From the NCBI GenBank assembly GCA_046290845.1, contig JBKBUA010000005.1:1-44180 (forward strand): DNA of 44,180 nt. Reading direction: 5' to 3'. Below are positions 26,802-34,084 of this stretch, piece after piece. The position numbers were made by a program, and so were the translations under genes. The first letter of the stretch is position 1; each line of letters starts with the position of its first letter. Below the pieces are notes generated by a model. That model did no database searches. It had not been told where the DNA came from and was given only the letters and a program-made list of their open reading frames with translations. The DNA comes from Thermodesulfovibrionales bacterium (GTDB lineage: Bacteria > Nitrospirota > Thermodesulfovibrionia > Thermodesulfovibrionales > UBA9159).

Positions 26802-27838
26802 CCTATCTTCATCCTCATGACCTCATATCTCAGTCTATTTCTGTAGTTATGACCGTAAACCACCGGCACACCGTCAGCCTCGATGTATGTATAGGCAAAG
26901 GTATTAATGATATCCTCCTGTTTTGGAACAAGGTCGATACCCCGGCCTGAGGAGAACTTTATCCTGTCAGGTGGTATCCTACCGAAATAAAAATCCCTCA
27001 TCTCTGGCCTCCTCTTTGCCTCTGAGATATCAACGGGTACCCATTTCCTATCACTGTAAAAACTTACCCAACTGTGGGCATTTATACAGTCAGCCTCTAT
27101 CTCTCCCTTTTTCTTCATCTCAGATGGATAGGGCAGAAGTATCCCTTGTTCCCATCTCACAGGTATTCCCTTATACATCATCATGCTCCTGAAGAGGGCA
27201 TGGAATTCATCACACCTTCCTGCCCTCTCCTCAAAGGCAATGGAACTCACTCCCCTTCCGCAGACCTCATGGACATAATTAAGCCTATCTATAATTGCAT
27301 CAAAGACCTTCCTTCCGATCCTAACAGTATCCCTCTCATTCCCTATCACCCTCTCAGCAAAGTCCATGATATTTTTATCCCACTTCTCCCATTCAGAGGG
27401 TTTAAGAGATCCTTCATCGGGCTCGCCACCATGAATACCCTCTATCCTTCTATCTAAATGGAAGGAAAGGATAATCCTTTCACCTGCCTTAAGTCTTCCT
27501 GTCTCGAGATAAAAGATCTTATTATTCCTGTCCTCCGTAATCCTGCCAGATATCTTTGATTTAATATCCACTCCTTTAATCTCCTGAGCATGGTCACTTC
27601 TTGGAACTGGCATCCATATCCTTACAAGCCCCGCCTTTGGAGGCCTTAATATCTCGGTGGTGTAAGTGATCTTCAGTGAAACAGACCTTACATTCCTGTC
27701 CTCTATGGTCTTTGCAGAGGTCAAGACAGGATATATCCCCTCGCCTAAGAGGAAGAAGGTTCCAAACAGAAAGGCCCTCCTGCTAAGGCTACAGGTAATC
27801 ACCTGATTACCTGTTCTCCTCTCATTTCTTTTCCTCAT
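26798..27838 (-). CDS. TAT-exported transglutaminase-like (Cys-His-Asp) superfamily protein
   Basis: Probable start MRKRNERR at 27838. Twin-arginine motif LSRRAFLFG. Core motifs GRCDEFHALF...GIPVRWEQG, NAHSWVSFY, WVPVDISE. Confidence 0.75.
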   Translation of the reverse strand: MRKRNERRTGNQVITCSLSRRAFLFGTFFLLGEGIYPVLTSAKTIEDRNVRSVSLKITYTTEILRPPKAGLVRIWMPVPRSDHAQEIKGVDIKSKISGRITEDRNNKIFYLETGRLKAGERIILSFHLDRRIEGIHGGEPDEGSLKPSEWEKWDKNIMDFAERVIGNERDTVRIGRKVFDAIIDRLNYVHEVCGRGVSSIAFEERAGRCDEFHALFRSMMMYKGIPVRWEQGILLPYPSEMKKKGEIEADCINAHSWVSFYSDRKWVPVDISEAKRRPEMRDFYFGRIPPDRIKFSSGRGIDLVPKQEDIINTFAYTYIEADGVPVVYGHNYRNRLRYEVMRMKIG

Positions 27839-28259
27839 CAGGCAAGACATCTCCTGTAACAACCAATGTAGTCATCTGTCTATTTCTATCGTTTGTCCAG
27901 ACCTCAACATACTTAGAAATATGTCCCACCTTAACAGCAGGGACAGAGGTATCCACTATCACTGTAATCTTACCCTTCTCATTAGGACCTATCTCTGCCG
28001 AACTGGCAGTAGCAGTCGTACAGGCCCTTCAGGCAGGTATGAGTTTATCGATCCTGAGTACCCCGCCTCCCTCATTGATGAACTCAAAGTCATGGACTAT
28101 CCTCTCCCCTTTCTTTACAGAGCCAAAGTCAAACCTCGTCTCATAGAACCTGATCGAAGGTTCCTCAGCCCTGACGGTGCCTGACAAAACCAGAAGATAC
28201 AAAGAAAGAATCAAAAAAATCCTAAGGGGATAGGTTGATCTCCACATCTTTCCTCTCAC
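27822..28259 (-). CDS. DUF1573-like exported protein interrupted by one in-frame TGA (28031-28029): candidate selenoprotein (UxxC) or pseudogene
   Basis: The track ORF 28029-28259 stops at ...LRIDKLIPA-TGA. The same frame continues for 68 more codons (RACTTATASSAEIGPNEKGKITVIVDTS...VVTGDVLPDEEKK*) to TGA 27824-27822. Both halves together resemble one DUF1573 domain, and the TGA sits at the family's Cys motif. Confidence 0.55.
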
Positions 28260-28983
28260 CTTTCTTAAGAGAGATCTTTACTTTTTTGAAACCAAAGCCC
28301 TCGTGCCATACCATAAGGGTATATTCTCCTGGTAAGATTCCCTCCAGATTAAAGGAACCTGTCTCATCCGTCACAGCCCCGTAGGGATGATCAAAGACAA
28401 AGACATAACCTCTGAGCCAGCTATGGGCATTGGATTTTATCCTCACATAACCTCGATCAGCAGAATAGGAGTGGTACTCTTTAATGGGTTTTTCTACCTT
28501 CATCCCTTTCTTAGGAAGGGCAATATTATAAATAGTAGCCCCGTCTTCTAATGGCCTTTGAGATAGGGTCTTGTGGTATTCCAGGCCCAGTTTGAGCTGG
28601 AGCGTGTGGAGTATGGGATCCTCATTTCTAAAGATGAATCTTCCTCCCACGAAGCCCACATTCACAAGAGGCTCCACCTCGCAATTCTTTATTGTTATCC
28701 ACACATCCTTAGGGGTTAAAGCTCTACCCTTTTTAACACCATCAAGCCAGACAACTGCATTCTTTACAACACCCTTTGAGATAAGGTATTTCCTGGCAGC
28801 CCTTTCACTTCCGCAGACCTCTGTATCTCGATCAATCTTTATGAGCTCATCAGCAGGGACTGAACCAGTGAACCTCACATAGCCGTTAATTGTTGCTCCA
28901 TCCGTCACAGAAACTACCTCATAGCCCATTACAGGAAGGGCAGTAACGAGGATTGTAACAGTAGCAATCAAAAGAACTCTCAT
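28222..28983 (-). CDS. Paralogue of 25520-26236 (cupredoxin-like + Ig-like domains) lacking the Cys and Met copper ligands
   Basis: Same architecture (DPILHTL ... KSNAHSWL ... DETGSFNLEGILPGEYTLMVWHEG). Ser replaces Cys and Leu replaces Met. ATGA overlap with nosY. Confidence 0.6.
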   Translation of the reverse strand: MRVLLIATVTILVTALPVMGYEVVSVTDGATINGYVRFTGSVPADELIKIDRDTEVCGSERAARKYLISKGVVKNAVVWLDGVKKGRALTPKDVWITIKNCEVEPLVNVGFVGGRFIFRNEDPILHTLQLKLGLEYHKTLSQRPLEDGATIYNIALPKKGMKVEKPIKEYHSYSADRGYVRIKSNAHSWLRGYVFVFDHPYGAVTDETGSFNLEGILPGEYTLMVWHEGFGFKKVKISLKKGERKDVEINLSP

Positions 28984-29825
28984 GTCAAGTACCTCCTTTT
29001 AAATAGATAATGGCTTGCGGCTAAGGGCACTATAATCCATAACAGGGATATCAAGAGGAGAATCGAAGTCTTAAAGAAAGCAGGGAATTCAACAGATGCA
29101 AGACCTATAAATACCTTAAACTCACCTATAGAAAGAAAGTTCATTACCCTGTAAATATCAACAGGGTTCAGTAACAGAAGGGTGGTAAAGATAGCACTGC
29201 TCAATTCACCCTTTGTAAGGATGAGAAGACCAAGCAGAGCGAGGTCATAAAGCACCGAAAGTGAAAGCCATATAAAGATCATAAAGGCAATGACCTTCGA
29301 CCTCTCCTCAAAGAGGACAGAAATAAGGAATGAGAGGCTCAGGAAGATAAGGCCAAGGATAATAGAATTAAACATAAAGAATATATAACTCTTTGAGGCA
29401 GCAAAACCAGCCTTTAATATGAGTATAAGACCGGCAAGGCCAAGACCTCCGAGGGTTGAGATGGTCAGGCTTATTAAGAGGCCTGAGAACTTCCCTGCTA
29501 TGAATTCTGAGAAAGAGATGGGTGCTGAGAGGAAAAGGTCAAGAGTACCCCTTTCCCTCTCATCTATTATTATTCCACCTCCCAGAGTAAGAGCGAGTAT
29601 AGGGATGAAATAGGTAACGAGGCTCGTGAGGCTTGCCACTGTTGCCTCGATCCTCCTGAATCCTGCTATACCCGATGGTGCTGAACCGAAGTAGGCAATA
29701 AGGATAGTAAATACCGAAAAGGCAGTTGCTATTACTATTACCCACCTCGTCCTTAACCTGTCTGTGAGTTCCTTTCTTGCTATTGCACCTATAGCATCAA
29801 TGGAGACCAAAGAACACCTCCTCAA
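28980..29825 (-). CDS. nosY: NosY, ABC-2-type permease of the NosDFY system
   Basis: Six-TM ABC-2 permease directly downstream of nosF within the nos cluster. Confidence 0.85.
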   Translation of the reverse strand: MRRCSLVSIDAIGAIARKELTDRLRTRWVIVIATAFSVFTILIAYFGSAPSGIAGFRRIEATVASLTSLVTYFIPILALTLGGGIIIDERERGTLDLFLSAPISFSEFIAGKFSGLLISLTISTLGGLGLAGLILILKAGFAASKSYIFFMFNSIILGLIFLSLSFLISVLFEERSKVIAFMIFIWLSLSVLYDLALLGLLILTKGELSSAIFTTLLLLNPVDIYRVMNFLSIGEFKVFIGLASVEFPAFFKTSILLLISLLWIIVPLAASHYLFKRRYLT

Positions 29826-30696
29826 GACTCGGCTCTATTACTGTAAGGTCAACAAAGCTATCCCTTTTTTCCATGAGCGATGAAAGAACCCTCATCTTTT
29901 CATTCCTCGGGATAGTGGCATAAATATAACCATCCCTTTTCGTTATATCCTTTACCCCTTCCCCTCTCAAAACATCTTCAACCGAGCCATTCATCGAGAC
30001 AGCAGGAAGTATCGAGAGTTTAAGGGGAAGGTTCAGTCCTGTATAAAGTTCTGTCAGACTCCCGATGGCCTTTAACGAGCCATTCTTCAATATAGCCACC
30101 CTATCAACCCTTGCCTCGATCTCTGCAAGGACATGAGATGAAAGGAGAACCGTCAGTCCCTTTCTCTGCCTAACAGCCAGGAGGGTTTCGTAGAAATCCT
30201 TTGTTCCGACAGGATCAAGGCCTGATGTTGGCTCATCGAGGATCAGTATATCAGGGTCATTAACAAGGGCCTGGGCAAGATTCAGCCGCTGCCTCATACC
30301 CTTTGAATAGGTACCCACCCTTCTTGAAAGAAAATCCTCTGAGACAATACCTTTGAGTAAGTCAGGCAGCCCATTAAGTTTTACTCCCTTTATCCTCGCA
30401 AAGAGGTTAAGTACCTCCATTCCTGTAAGATTGTCATAAAAAGAGATCCTCTCGGGCATGTATCCTATCTTTCTTTTAAAGGAGAGCCAGTCCTTTTCAC
30501 CTAAATCTTTTCCATATAAAAGCACCTCCCCAGAGGATGGTCTTAGTATGCCTGTCAGTATCCTGAGGAGTGTGGACTTGCCAGAGCCATTAGGACCCAC
30601 AAGACCGAGCATCTCCCCCTCCTTTATGGTAAAGGATACGGAGTCAAGGGCCTTTATATCCCCATAATTCTTTGTTATCTCTCTAAATTCAATCAT
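29797..30696 (-). CDS. nosF: NosF, ABC ATPase of the NosDFY system
   Basis: Walker A GPNGSGKST, signature YSKGMRQRL, Walker B ILILDEPTSGLD. Lies between the nosD domain gene and nosY. Confidence 0.9.
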   Translation of the reverse strand: MIEFREITKNYGDIKALDSVSFTIKEGEMLGLVGPNGSGKSTLLRILTGILRPSSGEVLLYGKDLGEKDWLSFKRKIGYMPERISFYDNLTGMEVLNLFARIKGVKLNGLPDLLKGIVSEDFLSRRVGTYSKGMRQRLNLAQALVNDPDILILDEPTSGLDPVGTKDFYETLLAVRQRKGLTVLLSSHVLAEIEARVDRVAILKNGSLKAIGSLTELYTGLNLPLKLSILPAVSMNGSVEDVLRGEGVKDITKRDGYIYATIPRNEKMRVLSSLMEKRDSFVDLTVIEPSLEEVFFGLH

Positions 30697-30697
30697 A

Positions 30698-32920
30698 TCA
30701 ATGCATCGGAAGCTTATCTATATCGCCATAATACCTTACAGGACTGTAAGGGAATCTCTCCTTCATCTCCTTCCATTGAGCGTGAAAGGGAAACATTGAT
30801 GGTCTTCTGTCAACAACCCTCGGCACCTTAAGAAAGGGAAACTGCTTCTCTATGACCCACAATACCTGTAGTGCAGGGCTTGAATAAAGTATCTTTGCCA
30901 TGGGATATCTCCAGAGTATATGATCCACTACTGTGTTTGATTCATAGGCTATGTCACCGATACCGTCCTCTGTCATGTCCCAGCCCAGGTAATCACTCCA
31001 GTAATTGTTATCCCATTGCTGATCCCTGCTTGCCACGAACTTAACCTGAATCTCGTTATTAATAAAAGAATTCTTTGTGACCTCGTTCTCCTCAGACCCT
31101 CCCCAGCTATGGAGGCCAAGATTATTGTTCATGATAAGGTTGCCAGTTAGTTTATTAAGTATAGAGTTATAGAGAAATATGCCCTTTGTGTTGCCTATCA
31201 CTATGTTGTCCTTTATCTCACCCCTTACAGTCTGGATAAGGAGAAGCCCGTGAGTCTTATTTCCAACAGAGATGTTATTGTTCATCTCCGACTGCTTTGT
31301 ATACATTATAGCAAGCCCAACGAGATTCTCCTGTGCATGGTTGTTGTTAAAGACTCCCCTGTCAACCCACATGGTATGAAGGGCATATCTGGAATTCCTA
31401 ATCTCATTGTTTATTATTTTTCCATCGTGAGAGACCTCCACATACATACCATCCCTGCAGTAATTCAATCTGTTTCCTGATACCGTTGCCTCCTGGGCAT
31501 CGGTTAGATAAATGCAATTGCCCCTGTAATTGAGGTCCAGTTCCTTCCTGCCATCAACAACGTTACCTTCGATCCTTATGCCCCTGTTACTTACTGCCCA
31601 TATACCGAACATGATATCCTTCAGATGGTTGTTTCTCACAGTAACACTATCAGCACCCTTTCCTACATAGATCCCTGTACTCTGTGTACCTGGAACATCC
31701 CTTCCATGGATAAGGGTGAATCCCTCTACAGTAACATCCTTTTTTAATACAGTAATGATGTTACCCCTTTCGACCTTTATAACAGGATTGTTTATTCCCT
31801 TGAGATAGATACTTTTATTAATAGTTATCTCCTCACTGTATTCGCCACCCCTGACCTCAATAGTATCGCCATCTTTAGCAACCCTGATAGCTTCAGATAT
31901 GCTCTTATAACCCTCAGGCCCAACATAAAGGGTCTTCCCATAAAGGATAGATGGGATTAAAAGCACCAAAAGAACAAGGCCTGCTGCATGAGCCTTCAAA
32001 GGCATCTCTTTTCCCTTCTTCTTCTGTCTTATAAGGACAGGGCAAAGTTCCTGATCACAGTAATTTAACTGACAGTCAAGGCACTCAAGACATTCCTTCA
32101 TATCTATAGTGCCATCCGCTATAGCCTGAGGTCTGCAGGTCCTTCCGCATATCTTACAGGTTCCGCAGAAGTCATACCTTGCTATCCTTAAAATCGGAAT
32201 CCTTCTGATAAAAGAAGGTATCGCCAGGGCAGCACCCAGTGGGCAGAGATAGCGGCAGAAGGCCCTGTATATTAAGACTGAGCCGATGGTTATCACCATA
32301 AAATAGGCAACAAAAAACCAATCCCTCTTTAATTTAAGGACAAAGGTCCTGAAGGGCTCTATCTCGGTGAGATACTCAGAGAGCATAAAGCTGTAAAAAG
32401 ATACGGCTGCAATGATTAAAAAAAAGATATATTTCAGATAGACCATCCTTGTGTTGACCTTCCCGGAGATCCTGATCCTGAGCCCTGGAAAGAACCTGTC
32501 ATAGACCTTGTTAAGGAGTTCTAAAAAGGCACCATAAGGACAGAGCCATCCACAGAAAACACCCCTTCCCCAGAAAACAATAGTTATGGCAATAAAGATA
32601 AAGGAGATAAATATGAAGGGCTCTAAGAGAAAGAGGCCGAGGGGAAACTGCATCTCTTTAAGGGAATTGAGGATAATCACTATATTGGTGGTTGTTGGCT
32701 GTGCCTTCAGGAATAATCCCACATAGACAAATGATATAACAAGAAAAGTATTTCTCAATATCTTAACGGCCTTTCTATTCTTCGAAAGCCTCCCCCTGAA
32801 GACCATGATAAGGAGAATTGAGATAAGAAAGAGAGAAAATATGATAATACTGGAGACATTCATTTCCCAGACCTGTCTCCAGAGAGAGAATTCCGAGATC
32901 TCTGTCATAACTTCTTCCAT
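30698..32920 (-). CDS. Fusion: NosR C-terminal half (TM helices with CxxxCP motifs + 2x[4Fe-4S]-type Cys clusters) joined via one TM helix to a full NosD beta-helix domain
   Basis: Probable ATG at 32920, 1 nt after the stop of the preceding gene. CGWLCPYGA and CRYLCPLGA. CGTCKICGRTCRPQA and CLECLDCQLNYC. Helix AAGLVLLVLLIPSILYG. NosD repeats follow (...RGNCIYL...CRDGMYVE...SRYALHTMW...VGLAIMY...NYWSDYLGWDMTEDGIGD...SSPALQVL). Confidence 0.85.
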   Translation of the reverse strand: MEEVMTEISEFSLWRQVWEMNVSSIIIFSLFLISILLIMVFRGRLSKNRKAVKILRNTFLVISFVYVGLFLKAQPTTTNIVIILNSLKEMQFPLGLFLLEPFIFISFIFIAITIVFWGRGVFCGWLCPYGAFLELLNKVYDRFFPGLRIRISGKVNTRMVYLKYIFFLIIAAVSFYSFMLSEYLTEIEPFRTFVLKLKRDWFFVAYFMVITIGSVLIYRAFCRYLCPLGAALAIPSFIRRIPILRIARYDFCGTCKICGRTCRPQAIADGTIDMKECLECLDCQLNYCDQELCPVLIRQKKKGKEMPLKAHAAGLVLLVLLIPSILYGKTLYVGPEGYKSISEAIRVAKDGDTIEVRGGEYSEEITINKSIYLKGINNPVIKVERGNIITVLKKDVTVEGFTLIHGRDVPGTQSTGIYVGKGADSVTVRNNHLKDIMFGIWAVSNRGIRIEGNVVDGRKELDLNYRGNCIYLTDAQEATVSGNRLNYCRDGMYVEVSHDGKIINNEIRNSRYALHTMWVDRGVFNNNHAQENLVGLAIMYTKQSEMNNNISVGNKTHGLLLIQTVRGEIKDNIVIGNTKGIFLYNSILNKLTGNLIMNNNLGLHSWGGSEENEVTKNSFINNEIQVKFVASRDQQWDNNYWSDYLGWDMTEDGIGDIAYESNTVVDHILWRYPMAKILYSSPALQVLWVIEKQFPFLKVPRVVDRRPSMFPFHAQWKEMKERFPYSPVRYYGDIDKLPMH

Positions 32921-32921
32921 C

Positions 32922-34007
32922 TTATTCCATAAACCTCTCAGGTAATCTATAGTCTGTGGTAAAAGATTTGAATTCCTTTTTTGCAACGGTCGGTCTGTAA
33001 GGTAGCAGGAGATTAAAGGTAAAGGGCCCCGTTGGATCGAAATCCATATCCCTCACGATAAAGATTCCTCCTTCTTTTATCACAGGTGCACCAGGTGACT
33101 TTAGCTCTGTAAGGATGCGGTAATCCCTATCCCTGAAGACATAGACCTTACTCTCCTGCTCAAGGTTAAATCTGTCAAAGACACCGCCCCTTGCGAAGCC
33201 TGAACCTTTGAAGGAACCCGTACCAGTCGCTACAACGAATATAGCGGTCTCTCCATTTTTTAATGAACTCATGATATCCCTGTAAAGTGCCTCGCCAAGG
33301 ACATTCCTTCCGATAGAAGGCGGATTAAGGATGCCAAAGTAGAGGTCAATATAAGCCTCAGCACCTTTAATACCCAGTTCCTTCGGATAGACCTTGAGAT
33401 TTTTCACCCCTCCTGCCTTCTGGAGGTCCTCCCAGGTAAGACTTTGGTACTTCTGGCTTATCCTCCTCTCCGCCTTTTTTGCAACCTTAATCAATCCAGT
33501 CTCAGAAGCCACCTTTCTTGCACTTCCAAGGATAATGACATTCTGCACAACTGCTGTAACCGTGGCGCCTGTTATTGCATCCATTGATATCTCTTTGCCA
33601 ACAGAAAGGGGCTTGAGTATGCTCTTTCCTTGATACTGTTTAAGAAACTTCTGATAATTCTCCTCCTTCAGCCCTATAAGGACTATGGGTTCTGAATGGA
33701 ATAAGAGTTTGACACCCGTTATATTTCCATTTATATCAATACCGATTAAGGTCTCCATATGCTTGCCCGAATAACCAACAAGTTTTTCTGTCCAGTCCTT
33801 AGATATAAAGACATATCCTAGGAGGGTCCTTCCCCTGTAACCTTCCCAGTAGCCCTTTTTCTGAACAAATCTATCTGCCTGAAGGACATCTTCGAGTTTA
33901 TAGGGATATCTATGCTCAAAAAACTTCCACTGATCCCCATAGGCATTAAGGGGAAGCAAAATAAAAAAAAGCATTATCACACCTTTCTTCAAGATACACA
34001 CCTCCAT
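32922..34007 (-). CDS. NosR N-terminal half as a separate exported protein (FMN-binding periplasmic domain)
   Basis: Signal peptide. FMN_bind motif SMDAITGATVTAVV. NosR-like segment PPSIGRNVLGEA...GSFKGSGFARGGVFDRF. Ends with TAA 32924-32922. Confidence 0.8.
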   Translation of the reverse strand: MEVCILKKGVIMLFFILLPLNAYGDQWKFFEHRYPYKLEDVLQADRFVQKKGYWEGYRGRTLLGYVFISKDWTEKLVGYSGKHMETLIGIDINGNITGVKLLFHSEPIVLIGLKEENYQKFLKQYQGKSILKPLSVGKEISMDAITGATVTAVVQNVIILGSARKVASETGLIKVAKKAERRISQKYQSLTWEDLQKAGGVKNLKVYPKELGIKGAEAYIDLYFGILNPPSIGRNVLGEALYRDIMSSLKNGETAIFVVATGTGSFKGSGFARGGVFDRFNLEQESKVYVFRDRDYRILTELKSPGAPVIKEGGIFIVRDMDFDPTGPFTFNLLLPYRPTVAKKEFKSFTTDYRLPERFME

Positions 34008-34010
34008 AAT

Positions 34011-34073
34011 AACAGGCTATAGGCCTTAGCGAAGACGACATATTGTCCAGTGCCTGAAAGCCTATAGCCTGTT
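34011..34073 (-). repeat. Perfect 14-bp inverted repeat (stem-loop) in the nosZ to nosR-N intercistronic gap
   Basis: AACAGGCTATAGGC (34011-34024) and GCCTATAGCCTGTT (34060-34073) are separated by 35 nt. No U-tract follows. Confidence 0.7.
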
Positions 34074-34084
34074 CATCAGCCCTT

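Noticed and set aside
27921-28184. 87-aa + strand ORF opposite the DUF1573 region.
   Set aside because: It is antisense to a frame that shows DUF1573-like sequence on both sides of the TGA. It has no motif or RBS of its own.
32922-32986. The 65-nt overlap between the two NosR-related ORFs, considered as evidence of a frameshift error (one broken nosR gene).
   Set aside because: The overlap is created only by an upstream TTG in the track ORF. The first ORF ends at a clean TAA, and an in-frame ATG follows 1 nt later just before the first TM helix. A genuine two-gene split is therefore at least as likely. It is kept as a finding with read-level verification requested.
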